Shown here piece by piece: positions 1 to 14,758 of a stretch of DNA of 64,000 nucleotides. The notes under the pieces are model-generated. The model was not told the DNA's origin. It searched no databases and saw only the letters and a program-made list of their open reading frames with translations. Source of the DNA: Octopus vulgaris (lineage: Eukaryota); the NCBI GenBank assembly GCA_951406725.2, contig OX597827.1, positions 40,362,001-40,426,000 on the forward strand, in the 5' to 3' direction. The stretch's first letter is position 1, and every line of letters starts with the position of its first letter. The position numbers and the translations under genes are program-made.

Positions 1-1734
1 CCAAAATAATCACAATAATAAATTTTGAACAACATTGTTGATAGCCTATGTATTGTTAAGCTTCGTATTTACTATGAGAAGCTAATTCGTATGAAGCTGG
101 ACATTGTTTCTACCCAGTGAAGTTGGCCTGTTGTAAGTTGAGTATTGAACTGCTGTACAGGGAGAATATTTCCAAGACAATAAGATTGGTGATAAGAACT
201 GTATTTGAACATACATAATTTGTTTACTGTTGTTTTGGTCCTAGATGTGTACTGCAACTGCTAGAGTGCAGCAATTCCCAGTTAGGTGATCTTGAGAATA
301 ATGGTTTTTTAACAAACACATGGGTAGGGGACAATATTGTTTAAATTTAGGTGCATGACACTTTTAAATGCAGAGTCAAAGATTTAAGCCAAGGCTAATT
401 GGCTAACAAACTAAATTGACTATTTTGTTTTTGTAAGTTGGATGTCACTAGCTAATTGACAAATCTATGCAAGTCATCTTCCATATTGTAGAAAGCAGGT
501 GGAGTGAGGATAGCAAATTTAGCCTTGATTAGGCCCCAGGTCCATTTAGATTAGCAGAGCATTTGCCATCCAAATCTTAATGCTGTTCAGAGATGATATC
601 AATTTAAAGATTGCAGTTTGGTTTTCACTATGAAAGAATAGGTTTAAAAAATTTTTTGTTCACCAAAGTATCTAAAGATACCATGGCTGATAATGTATAT
701 GCATACTGTGAGGCTGCGGCATCTGTAGATTTATAAATTATGAGAAAATGTTCTTTGACATGCATGCTTTCCTAATAATGCTTGTAGCCTTTTATCAGTT
801 AGTCGCACTTATATAACAGCAGAGAGCATGGATGACGCTTATGTAGAGGATTCTTCAGATGTGGAAAGAATCAAAACTGTGCTCATTTAGTGTCCAAAGA
901 TCACTGATTTTCAAAATTTATTAAGAACCTACTTTCGCATGCTAGATAGAATTGATTGTCAGCTAAGATCACTGTGAAGTTAACATCGCTACCACTTGGT
1001 ATACAATGGTATATAATCTTTCTCTTTCAGCTGGTTATGGTGGAAGTTGAAACTGATTAGAATGGCATTGTTTTCAATGAAACTCTCGTCAGCCTTGTTG
1101 ACTATCATCCAAAGCAGTAATATGGGAGTTATGAGAAAAGTCATGACATCGATTATATGCCATGAAAAATAGGTGAAAAAGATATATTGGAAGGAACGAA
1201 ATGGCAGAGCTCTCAGGTCAAAGACAGAAGTAGATATTTTATTTAATTCTGAGAATAATTAAAGTTTTGGGGTACCATGATTTTTTCTGCGTGCAGTTGT
1301 CCTGCTATATTTCATATTATTACAAACTAATTTATATTACTTATATGTATCATTGTGTGTGTATGTTCCTTTATAATACTGCAATTAAAACTTTTGATTT
1401 TTCCATGGTGCCAGCAATGGAATATTTCAACTAATGTACCTTTACACACCTGCCATTTTTGTCTGACATGAATTGCAGTACATTTTTAGACTCTAGAACC
1501 CTTGGAACTGGAAACAATTTTTTTTGTGTATTAATGCAGAAAAGCAACTTTCAGCCATTCTTGAAATAATCAGTCATGAATGATGTTAAAGATACAAACA
1601 CAAAATTTTATAATATATATATATATATATATTTACGAGGATGAAGGAGTAAGTTGACTCTGGTTAAATTTGAGATTCATAATAATAAATGAATGTAAAA
1701 TTTTCCGCCTATGATAAAAAATAAAAACCAACAG

Positions 1735-2285
1735 CTGTAGCTGTGTGGTAAGAAGCTATCTTACCAATTACATGGTTCAAGGTTCAGTCCTACTGTGTGG
1801 TACCTTGGGCAAGTGTCTTCTACTATAGCCTTTGGCTGACCAAAACTTTGTGAGTGGATTTGGTAGGCGGAAACTGAAAGAAGCCTCTTGTGTATATCAT
1901 CATCATCATCATCGTTTAACATCCACTATCCATGCTAGCATGGGTTGGATGATTTGACTGAGGACTGGCGAACCAGATGGCTGCACCAGGCTCCAATCTG
2001 ATCTGGTAGAGTTTCTACTGCTGGATGCCCTTCCTAACATCAACCCCTTTGAGAGTGTAGTGGGTGCTTTTATGTGCCACCAGCACGATATATATATATA
2101 TGTGTGTGTGTCTGTGTTTGTCTCCATCACTGCTTGACAATCGGTGTTGGTGTGTTTACGTCCCCGTAACTTAGTGGCTCGGCAAAAGAAACCGATAGAA
2201 TAAATACTAGGCTTAAGAAATAAGTCCTGGGGTCAAGTTGGTCATTCAGCATGGCTGCAGTCAAATGACTGAAACAAATAAAAGC
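1735..2285 (+). mobile_element. tRNA-derived SINE (family 'ggctgtgtggtaagaag...'), interrupted by another retro-repeat at about 1900-2085
   Basis: A/B-box-like head (tgtgtggtaag...ggttcagtcc) and body ccttgggcaagtgtcttctactatagcc; many copies in the window. Confidence 0.75.
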
Positions 2286-2330
2286 ATAAAAAAATAAAAG
2301 AACAATAAAAAATAGTATTACAATGTTGCC

Positions 2331-2382
2331 TTTATTCATGTCTCTCCTCTTTATTGATAGTAGTGTTGTTCTTGGCTTTATT
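2331..2382 (-). terminator. Candidate polyadenylation signals, gene A
   Basis: AATAAA (minus) at 2377-2382, 2350-2355 and 2331-2336, downstream of the stop. Confidence 0.45.
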
Positions 2383-2431
2383 TTGATGGTTGCTATAGCC
2401 ATTGCAGTATCATTAGTAATTGTGGCAGCAT

Positions 2432-2550
2432 TTAACCAATAACATTTTTTGATGGAGGGAATAAGACTGTGTCAATGGTATGAATGACACCATTGTTGGC
2501 AGAGATGTCACGGTTGATGATTTGGGCCTTTTGAACTGTGATATGTAAAT
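2432..2550 (-). CDS. Gene A exon 6 (terminal)
   Basis: ctccag|HLHITVQKAQIINRDISANNGVIHTIDTVLFPPSKNVIG-TAA. Confidence 0.92.
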
Positions 2551-5079
2551 CTGGAGGCAGTAATTATTCATAGTGGTGGTGGTGGCAGTAATGATCATCA
2601 ATGGGATAAGAAAGAAAGAAAGGGGAAAAAAAAGGATTCAGTGAGTTAAATGAGTTTAAGTGAATGAAGTGAGTGCGGCTGAGAATAATTCTTTACTTCA
2701 TTTTAAGTGAATCAATCGACAACCCAGCCCACTGCCCCCCAAAATTTAGGATTTGGTAAAGTTGAAGAAGTGATTAAATGTGTATGTGCTGTGTATATGT
2801 ATCTGAATTTGTGTATGTGTGTGTGTGTGTATAAGAGACGAGAAAGAAGATGTTTATGGAGAATAGGAATAGATGTGTGGGTCTGGGTGATCTTTGGTTT
2901 AAGACACATATAACTGCTTAATTACTAACGAAACTAAAACAATCCGGGATTTCCAGAGTGAGCAAAATGAATATGTAGATGTTGTTATTACAGATTTCTT
3001 CGTTAAATTGTCCAATTTATATTACACACACACACACAATGAGCAAAAAAGGAAGTCCTAAAAGGAGCAAGTTTCAATAACTGTATTTATTTAATGCTTA
3101 AAGCGAAGGGAAAGAGTTTTGACATTTCGGACACTTATCCTTCATCGCCCACCCAAAATAAAAGAATAGAAAAATTTAAAGGAGGAAGGTGGCAGCAAAC
3201 AAAGAAAAGAGTTAGCGGCTAGGTGGGAATGTGATTCTATGGGGAGGAGGCAAGGCTGTGTGTGCATGTATTGGAAGATATCTGTGTATAGAGACAGACA
3301 TAGGGGAGGGGTGTGTGAGTGAAATGGATTGGGATAAGGGGAATGTGGGAGGATGGTGTGTTGGTATGATCATACTGTATGCAAGAGGAAGGCGTAGGGG
3401 GAAGTGAAAGGTAAGAAAAAACACTGAAGAAAATATATAAAGTGATAAATAAATGGAAGAGTGGACATGTATTAAAATGGTTGGGAAATAGGAAAGTTAT
3501 AACACTATGTAAGAGGTACATGTCTGCTGAAAGTAAATCAAATAAAATCTGGGACTCAACGTAGCCAATAAATAAGCTGGCATAGTTGGGTCCATCTGTG
3601 TTCTCTTAGCCACTCCAGTGAAATGCTCATATATCTCGCCTATGGAGGAATGTAGAGGTATTGGTATAGAGCATAATGCGGAGGTTAAGAAAACATTTGA
3701 GGGCTTGGAGGCCTTCGTCGTGAGGGATGCCGGTGTAAAGGGAGGTGATATCCATGGAGAAAAATGAGGCAAGAGGGGCTGGTGGAGAAGGGGAAGGAAT
3801 TGAAAGTGTAGAGGTCAGGGTTGATGTCATGGATGTAGGAGTAAAGGGCAACAACCAGACGTGCAGAGACGGGTGGGGATGTGTTTGATAGGGGTAGTAT
3901 CGACAGCGAGGCAGCTCCTGACAATGAAGCAGCCAAGGTTTTCAGGTTTGAAGATCGTAGGGAGGAAATAGATTTTGGGGAGCGGGCGATAAGGAGAGAA
4001 ATAGTGGGTGGGGAGGAGGGAGGAAAAAGAAGGAAACAAGAAAGTTATGGGGAAATCAGTTTCTAATTTGCAGTTACTTTCAAATACACTTTTAAAATAA
4101 GAAATGTTTTCTCTTTTGTACGTTAGCATAATAATTTGAAAAAATTACTCGTACGAATTAAAAAGGGAAATCTGTAATAATATTCTTTTTTACTCTAGGA
4201 ACAAGGCCTGAAATTTTTTGGGAGGGGGCCAGTCGATTAGATCGACCTCAGTACGCAACTGGTACCTAATCTATTGACTCCCGAAAGGATGAAAGGCAAA
4301 GTCGACCTCGGTGGAATTTGAACTCAAAACTTAATGACAGACGAAATACCTATTTCTTTACTACCCACAAGGGGCTAAACACAGAGGGGACAGACAAACG
4401 GATTAAGTCGATTACATCGACTCCAGTGCGTAACTGGTACTTAATTTATCGACCCCGAAAGGATGGAAGGCAAAGTCGACCTCGGCGGAATTTGAACTCA
4501 GAACGTAGCAGCAGACGAAATACGGCTACGCATTTCGCCCGGCGTGCTAACATTTCTATCAGCTCGCCGGCTTGAAATCTATAATAATAATATTCAAAAC
4601 ATGTACATATTCGTTTCGCTTACACGACACATTCAAGTCTATTTTTGTATTTTCCCGGATTGTTTTAGTTTCATTAGCAATCCAGCAGTGATATATACTG
4701 AAAGCCAAAGATCGCTTGGATCTGTAGTGTAAAGAAACAATATGGTATATACGTAGAGTTATACGCACATAAAGTTAGAGGCATAAACACTCAATCTACC
4801 CCCACCACTACTCTGTACACTCATAAACCAAGATCGTTCTATTAACAACAATTCTGCTGGAAAATAAAAAAAAAACTTTCACGTTATTTTTGTCCTCTTC
4901 ACCTCCAACTCTATATTGCACGCTCTCAATAAGTCTCTCCTTTCTCCTCATCAGTTACCGGTGCGAAAACTCGCCCGACCGCTTGACAGCATCCTTTCCA
5001 CCATCTTCAAATTGTGCGCCCCTGAACCTGCTTTCTAGCCTTCACACACACACACACACACACACACACTATCTATCTA

Positions 5080-5116
<37 letters not shown>

Positions 5117-7000
5117 TTTCTACTGGCCTCTAGTATTGGCTCCGTAGAACTAGGTATACTCAAGGAGTTACTCTTCAATGCCACTTACCATTGGCCTCTG
5201 GGTAAAAGTAATGTTGCTTTTGACATCAGCAAAACTTTTGTCATGAGAACTTAACCATTTTGTCAATCAATAGACGATAGCTGTTTTGTCATTTTTAAAA
5301 TCAGAAGCTTGCCGTCATATTGCACCGTTACAACGGGTGCAATTCTCCTCTGATCGTCACAGTCAATTCTGATATGATCCAAGGTTTAGTAATGCTTCTC
5401 AAATTCTCCCTTCTGTACATTAGTGATGTATTTACTCTTTTACTTGTTTCAGTCATTTGACTACGGCCATGCTGGAGCATCGCCTTTAGTCGAGCAAATC
5501 GACCCCGGGACTTATTCTTTGTAAGCCCAGTACTTATTCTATCGGTCTCTTTTGCCGCACCGCTAAGTGACGGGGGCGTAAACACACCAGCATCGGTTGT
5601 CAAGCAATGCTAGGGGGACAAACACATACACACACATATACATATATACGACAGGCTTCTTTCAGTTTCCGTCTACCAAATCCACTCACAAGGCATTGGT
5701 CGGCCCGGGGCTATAGCAGAAGACACTTGCCCAAGATGCCACGCAGTGGGACTGAACCCGGAACCATGTGGTTGGTTAGCAAGCTACTTACCACACAGCC
5801 ACTCCTGCGTTTAGTATCACTTCTAATATCACACGCTCCTATTTATATCATTCTTTACTCCTTAATCTATCACAAGCGTCTGACTCCATGACGAATCCAA
5901 GGAAATGGTCTCAACGTTATCACTCGACCTATTAGAAAGAACAGCCAAATATCCCTCGATTCACACCTCATTCTCTTAAGAAACGGTACATTGGATAATG
6001 TACTCCTCTTTGGTTCCCTGTACAGAGGAAAGTACAGGACGGTCAAGAATGGAATGCTTTTGATCAAGAGTCTGCTCGATCACGGCAGACTTTGGAGTTA
6101 AAGAACATCAACCGAATTCATAAACTGTAATCCACGTACTTTGCTTCCATAAAAAAAAAAAAAAAAACTACGAGAGAGCATCTTTCAATGGTGATATGAT
6201 TTCCATTGTCCTCTGTAACCGTATAAATACCCAATCGCATACGTCACATCTTTTTCACACATGAGAATCGCACAGCACTTGAAATTTTAGGTACCATAAC
6301 CTCTGGTATGCATTTGTATGTGTGTGTGTGTGTCTGTGCGCACGCACTGTTAAGCGTCATTGAGCAGATACTCACGTTTCAGTTTGACAGTTAGTAGGTC
6401 TGAAGCGTCATCTGACAGTGTTCTCAGCTTACCATTGTGCATGCCCGGAGTCCACAATATTCCGCGCACCGCATGATATTTCACTATCGCTAGAGACGAA
6501 AGAGACAAAAAAGAAAAATTTGTTACTTTGAGATAAGAATTTTCTAAAATTGTCGCACCAAGCAACGCCCGTGCTAAAATTTAAAGTCAATAGCAGCTTG
6601 TACAACATGCGAACACTCTCAACCACGAAAGCCAAGTAGTCCAGAAACAAGCAGGAGCAAGACCTCCGGCTTCGCAATGAGGAGGGTTGCTATTTCGGAA
6701 TTTTCTTCTCCTGCAGAGATGTCTAAACAAAGTCTAGGGCTCTCTCACTCCCATCTGTATTATGGCCGTTGACACTACTGAGTTTATCTCCCTTTGACAG
6801 GTTTTGTTTGTCATCGTACAGGACGATCCAACGAAAACCACTCTCTCTTATTAAGCAAAGCTCGTTAGGGTTACCGCTTTAGTTGCTGACGACTCGATCA
6901 TGCGACAGATTGTTCTGTTACATTTAACCAGTAGCACTAACTAAAAGTGATCTGACATATACATACATACATACATACATACATACATACATACATACAT

Positions 7001-7037
<37 letters not shown>

Positions 7038-7540
7038 GAGACAGACAGACATACAAAAATACATACACACATTTTTTAACGTATCTATATACGTTAAAAA
7101 TTACATACAAACACACACATGCACATATATATGTGTGTGTGTGTGTGTGTCTACGCTTGTAAAAGAAGGTAAATTAGTCTGCCATGAGAATTAATCATTA
7201 ATGACTTGCAAAAGGAATATCTCAAATTTCACCCTTACACACAAGTTGCATATTTCAGTACCCGATAGAAAGGAGCATAGTATAATCCTTTCTACCATAA
7301 GCACAAGGTCTGAAATTTTTTCCATGTAAGGGCTGGTCGATTACATCGACCCCACTGCTTAACTGGTACTTATTTTATCTGTCCCGAAAAGATGAAAGGC
7401 AAAGTCGACCTCGGTGCAATTTGAACTCAGAACGTAAAGTGCCGGAACGTAAAGTACCACTAAACATTTCGCCCGATGCGCTAACGATTCAGCTAGCTCG
7501 TTGCTTTAAAGAAACGTAATATACTTCAAAAACACACACA

Positions 7541-7573
<33 letters not shown>

Positions 7574-8084
7574 GTAACAGAGAGAAAGCCCAATAATAGA
7601 TTCGTAAAGATTTACAGAACAAATGTTCAATATACAAGTAACAGGATTTCTCAGATCTTAAAAAAAAGTTTCGATGGAATTAACGATATTTATACGCGAG
7701 ACGAAATAACATTTAATGATTAACTATTCAAATATTCAACAGGCTTCTGTTAGACGTTACTATTCAATTTGTAAAAAGAAAAAAAAAAAGCGAAACACCT
7801 GTAAAACATAGAAAAATATCTGCAAGAATGTTTGATGTTTTTATGGTATTTAGCGAACATCAAATATCAAAGCGTCTTGAATATTTGAATATTTTAGTAT
7901 TAGATGTTATTTCGCTTGTCTAATGAGATTGCTAATTCAGTCGAAATCGTCTAAGGTCTGAGCATAACGAATCATTTGTATGTTGGATAATTTGTAAATC
8001 TTTACGGAAAAACATAGAAATCTCTCTCTCTCTCTCTCTCTTTCTCCTCTCTCTTTATGTTGTTTTTGCGTGTGAATGTGTGTT

Positions 8085-8162
<78 letters not shown>

Positions 8163-8311
8163 CAAAATTTATATAATGTGTATACACACACACACTTATA
8201 TAATCTCATAACAGCCAATTTATGCTACCGAACGGTTTCATGCTGAGCTATGCCCGATAATTGTTTTTTTTTTTATGAAAACTTATTGGACAGCTATACG
8301 CCTCCCGCATA

Positions 8312-8359
<48 letters not shown>

Positions 8360-10799
8360 GCCCTTAACTCGGACATATAGCAAGTTTTATGTTTTTATTT
8401 GGCAAAAGAATATTTAGAGCTTCACTTACCCTCCTTTAAGGCTGGATCAGCTTGAATCTGGGGAATGGTAGTGGAAGGTTGATTCTGAAAAGCAGCGTTA
8501 TTCGGTGCGAACAGCGTCAGCAAATTATCTAAAACGATATATACAAATGTATATACAGACATACATATATATGGATACATACGAAGATCTCTCTCTCTGT
8601 CTGTCTGTCTCTGTCTCTCTATCTTTGAACAACTTTCTTTCAAACATGCATTAAAGAAACCACTATTATTTTTGAGTTTTCATATTTCCTCATTAAATCC
8701 ACTCTGTTCAGTTTAGAACAATAGCGTCCCTAAATTCATTAGTTCATTAATTTCGAAGCTACCTCAGCTCCATCCTACGCATGGAATGATTGCACAACGA
8801 CGTGTTCTCGCGTGTTTTGCTTTGGGTCGCAATAAACATATAATCAACGAACCTGATGGGATCAGTTTTGCTTTTTCACTTGAGACATGTAGAATTCCGT
8901 AAATATGGACCTGAGAGAGAACCATCAACCATCTTACAAACAATAACTCTGAGCACCTTTTCAAACTCCACCCGTCTAACACCCGTGGTCATATTTACAA
9001 AGTCAGAAAACAGCACAGCTCCCATGACTTTAGGAAACATTTTTCACGCTGAGAGTTGCTGAAGCATGGAACAAACTGCCGGCATCAGTTGTTAGTTGTC
9101 GGAGTACTGCATCCTTCAAAACTGCCATGCTTTCTGAGATTCGCCAACACTACACCTGATTTTCTCCCCTCCATACACACACAAACATGTATCTGACTCA
9201 TACATTGTTCGCTTTCCAGACATTTGTACATTACTGCATATACTCTATACGCACTTTCTGACAAGTTGTGGTGCACCTGAGCACTGTATACAATAATTTC
9301 ATTATTATATTATATAACCCTGTAACCACTCCATTTTCTTGATGTATAGATTGTCTTGCGTCAACGTAAAGAGACTTGTTACATTGTCGCACAAAATGCT
9401 TGTCGGTATTTAATCATGCCACTTAAATCTTTGGATACCGTTATCAATTTTGTCTAACCTCATTGCAGCGAAGCACTGAGGTTGATATGATTTGAATTGT
9501 TCCTAACAACAAAATTTGAAGCCCTGTAGTGCGTGTTTTAGAAATCATTATTATTTTATGACACTGAAAGCAGTAAACTGGCAAAATCCCTGGAAAACCG
9601 GATTAAATGTCTGGCAGCATATTTTCCGGAATAACATTCTGAGTTCAAATTCCGCCGAGATTGACTATGCCTGTCATCCTTTCGGGATCGGTAAAAATAT
9701 GTACCAGTTGAGCACAGGGTTTGATATATCATATTAATTTGTATCTGTGCCTTTTAAATAAAATCCTGTTCCTTGCAGTTTTGTCTAATTTTCATCATAT
9801 AAACATTTTACAGTATACATGGGACAGTATCATATATTTCAAGAAATTTAAGTGGATTTATAAATATCAAATAGACCATGCTTTAGAAGTTTATCAATTT
9901 GAATTTGTTAAATACAATTTAACTTTTTACTTTTCATAGTTTATTATATATTCTAAGTTTATATTGAGACTGTCTCCAGAAAACCGGCATATCCACAAAT
10001 CTGGGACTCTGCCGGTCCCAAGCTTGCCGGATAATTGACCCGGAACTGTATAAAGAATAAATTTCTGAGAGAAATTATTGAGGGATGAAATTCGTATGAA
10101 AAATAACAAAACGCCTTTCTGGAATTTGTGTGACTTGGCCGTTCAGATCCAAGGGTGGAGGACAAGCAAGAACCCTATAACCCCCCCCACACACGTTCAA
10201 CTCCACCTGCTCGCTTTCTTATACTATGCGTAGATTAAAAGCACAAGAAAAATACGCCCACCATTCAGAAGATCGATAAATTTGGTGCCGTTTATCAAAG
10301 AGTAGAAAATAGAGAATTCTGGATCTATAGCCAGGATGTCAGCAATTCTGCCGTCAGGTGGCAGCATCACCTCGTTAATAACATGAATGACACCATCGCT
10401 GGCAATGTTGTCAAAATTTACGATTTGGCAGCCTTCAGCTGTGGTAGCCTGAAAAATAAAAAAAGTAAAGGAGAAAAAAAAATGAGAGAAGTAACAAAAA
10501 AGGTAAAAAAAAAAAGAAAAGTAGATCCAGAAATGTTTGTGATTTCTTTCCTTCCTTCGGTTACCCCCCCCCTCCCGCTACCCCCCCCAAAAAAACCCAC
10601 TCAAAATTGAGGAGCCAATGAGTTTCTATACTCCTCTACTAGAAATAGCAGTCGAATGTACCTCGTCAAATTCCTCACCACCACCATGTTAAAAAAAAAA
10701 GGGACACTATATCTTCATAAAGTATTGAGGTAGTTGTGACCTTTTTCATAGATTAGTTTAATTTCAGGATTGGTTCGGGGCTTAACAACAACAACAACA

Positions 10800-10842
<43 letters not shown>

Positions 10843-10863
10843 ACACTACTGCTGCTGCTGCTG

Positions 10864-10929
<66 letters not shown>

Positions 10930-13668
10930 ATAGTAGCAGGAGTAGTAGTAGTAATATTAGTAGTAGCAGTATGAGGAGGAGAAAGGCTCGGCGTAATCAC
11001 TACAACCACCCTCTCTCTCACACATACACGCACACACACACATAGTGCACTATGTATGTGTGCGAATGTTGTACATATATGCATATGCTTACTTGCATAC
11101 AGACACATATGATAAAAAAATATATATGAATGGAAAGTATGACTTGAAATTGTTCACTTGAAACATCCTTACACGGGTTTCAGTGACAATTGCAAACTGA
11201 TGACGTTAGGATAAATCCCATGATTTTGTGAGAGGGTGTTTTTTATAATAACACTTTCTGAAAGAGCGGTAATGAGGCATTATGTAAGATTATTTTCGCG
11301 TAATCAATTAGTAACTTGGATCTTTTTCGCTTGGCTGCCGGTTTCAATTTTTGTTCCAACTGATTTCATATTCAGTGTAATGATACACTTTTATAGGCTA
11401 ATCAATGCCATGAAAATCATTTTCGCTATAAATCAATAAATAAAGAGTTATTAGCTATTAAAGTTTGAACATTTTGGGTAATTTAAGCCTGTCGTAAACC
11501 ACTGATACGTTCATGCCTGTTTCCATAGTAACAAGCCGAACATGTGAACTCTTTTGTCCGCGAGAAATAACGTGTTGACAAATATATTGAAACCACTTGT
11601 TGACGCTGTGTTCTACTACTTTACACACCGAAATGCATATCGAATGCTTAAATGTTTTTTTTTATATATCTAATTTGTAATGCACTGTTTATCGCATTAA
11701 TTGCATATTGAATGCTTAAAACTACAAAAGACGTGTTGTTTACTCATTTTCCGCGTGTAGAATACAAATATTGACAACACATACTATTTTCAGGATATTG
11801 ACAAAATGTACTGTCACGCACAAAATGAAAGCTTCCAAATCCTGTTTCGTGACTGGATGAAAATGATCAAACTCTATAACTTTAAAAAAATATTTTTTCT
11901 GGAAAATGTGGAATAATTCCAGCAATTCAGCTTGGAAAACTACATTAATGTACTAAATTTTAAAATTTTCGATACACTTTAATTTTTGAAACCATGTCAG
12001 CCAAACGGAAAAGATCCTGTAACTGCCTCTCATTGGATAAGAGAGTACTAGATACACTGTGCCAGATAAAAGACAACACGGTCACGAATGCAATGCTTTT
12101 GATCATAGATCTACACGATTAGGGCTGAACTAGAACTAGCCAAGAACGACAACAATAACTACAAGTGGAACAACAGCAACAACAACAGCGGAGGTGCAAT
12201 GGCCCAGTGGTTAGGACAGCGGACTCGCGGTCGTAAGAACGCGGTTTCGATTCCCAGACCGGGCATTGTGAGTGTTTATTGAGCAAAAACACCTGAGCGC
12301 TACGAGGCTCCGGCGGGTGGTGATGGTGGTGGTGAACCCCGCTGAACTCTTTCACCACAACATTCTCTCACTCATTCTTCCTACTTCTACCATAAAGCAG
12401 AGGAACCATGGTGTGGTAAACTTTCAGACTCTAGTCTAGATTGCAAATCCTCTGAACCCCAGGATGGTTTAGCTCTCCACCCGTTAAAAGCCACCGTTTA
12501 CGGAATGAGGATAACAACGTAGCTTTCGAGTCCGTGCAACTACCAGTCTATCGCGTGTGGTGGGTGGATCTTCAAATTGCCACACGCATTCTTAGTAGCT
12601 TAGAGTAGGCTCGAATTAGAGATTATTCTTTGTGGCTAATGGCGTGAGTCCTGATTGGAAGAAGAAGAAGTAGAACAACAACAACAACAACAAGTATAGC
12701 AAAAGCAGTTACTCACATGTCGAGCTTTATATACATTTATTCTGATTTCATCGTCTTGCAAAGACCTCAGCTTCTTATCGTTGATGAGGTCAGCATGCTT
12801 GTAAACTCCCAACGCAATATGGTATTTGATGATCTCCTCAAGGAGAGCTGTGTCGTTTTTAAAGGCTTCTTTTCTAGCAGCACTCAATTCAGATAAAGCT
12901 CGGTTGTTCGGGGCGAAGACTGTGTACGATCCTACAAGAAGGTGTCAGCGAGTGATGGTAGGATGGGAAAATAAAATATAGATAAATTCAAGCGATGCAA
13001 AACTTAAATATATTTTAGATATATGATATATTTTAATATACGTTACCCCATATGTCTTCCTCTCTCTCTCTCCATACATGCATGTACACACACACACACA
13101 CACACTCACTATCTCTTACTCACTTATATGTACATATGTGGAGAGCAAGCAATATTGGAGGGAGGAAGTAAGAGGCTCGGTGGGGTTATGGGGAGTGCTG
13201 AGTCTAAGTTTGAACCATTTGAGCGCTACTAAGTCTTTTCCATACTGAAAATCTCTGGATCTCATCTGTTGACTATGTATGTATGTATGTATGTATGTAT
13301 GTATGTATGTATGTATGTATGTATGTATGTATGTATGTATGTATGTATGTATGTATGTATGTATGTATGTATGTATGTATGTATGTATGTATGTATGTAT
13401 GTATGTATGTATGTCACCATTCAGTTTATTTCAAGATTTCTTGCCAATAGAGAAAGAACCGGTTTCTAACCTAGATCCAATGCTCCTTCATTGGAACTTC
13501 AACATCAAGAGTAACTGCAGATTTCTCAATAGTTCAGCATAGGTGTTCTCACAAGATCTTCAGCTTTATGTTATCATCCGCTAGGCAACAAATTTCCACA
13601 TGTGTGTATGTATGTATGTATGTATGTATGTATGTATGTGTATACACACATGCACGCAAACTCTCTTT

Positions 13669-13724
<56 letters not shown>

Positions 13725-13902
13725 TACGCGCACACACATATACATACATGCATACATACGTACCTCATTACCAGTATAGCTGTCACTTTGAAACGTGTAC
13801 CGTCTTTTCGTTAAGTGTTCTAGGTGCCTATGTAGTCGCGAACAGAAATGAATAGTCTCGGTCCTTCCACATTGTACACAACAGAAGATCAAGGATATGA
13901 CA

Positions 13903-13967
<65 letters not shown>

Positions 13968-14715
13968 CTGCATCAGCGACAGGCTGATACTCAGTTTCAG
14001 CCGCGTAAACTGATGCCTTGCTCAAATATACTATTCTCTATCCAGTCCAAGAATCAATCCTACGAACTTATGACCGTGGTACAACATCCTAACAATTAAA
14101 CCACGCCCTTATACATTTGTACATATACGGTGGGAGTCAGCTTGCGACCAAGTAAGACCGCTTCCTACACTCAGTAAGTCTGTGCAAACGTTCCGAGAAT
14201 CCAAGACATTCCTGTGCGTGAATTTGTTCGAGTGAGTGGATAAAATGCCGCACAACACTGAACCCACTATGCAGCGCAGTCAGCCATAAAACCAGACACA
14301 CAACACGTACCTACCTACCTACCTACCTACCTACCTACCTACCTGTTCGTTATTGTCTATAATAAAACATTGATTAACGTAGTCCATGATACATACGAAA
14401 ATACGGGATGGTATTGGCGTAAATGTCTTTAATCATAATTCTGAACTGGAGTTAAACAACAACAACAACAGTAGCATCAGCAGCAACAACAACAGCAGCA
14501 GTAGCAACAGCAGCAGCAACAACAACAACAACAATAATGACAACGATGACTCATATACAGAGAAGTAGACACATGCACACAAATTGAAAAATCGAAATGT
14601 ATTTAATACGACGCAGGAAAAACATTAGGCGGTGGTTCAGTTTAAGTAAAGGCAAAAACTATTTCGATTTCTTTTCGACATCCTCTAACACATGGAGTAT
14701 GAGAAAGGGTTAACT

Positions 14716-14758
<43 letters not shown>

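Noticed and set aside
480-1240. Microsatellite-free stretch with coding-like frames (e.g. AESMDDAYVEDSSDVERIKTVLI*)
   Set aside because: Frequent stops and no motif I can recognise; it may be an old TE and needs BLASTx.
5180-5415. Possible extra exon in gene A intron 5 (good gtaagt donor near 5188)
   Set aside because: No open frame from a plausible acceptor, no FAS1 similarity, and exon 5 joins exon 6 in frame as in B and C.
12190-12270. tRNA-like heads here and at 35315, 48280-48350 and 54270-54335 as real tRNA genes
   Set aside because: The cloverleaves are imperfect and run straight into multi-copy SINE bodies.
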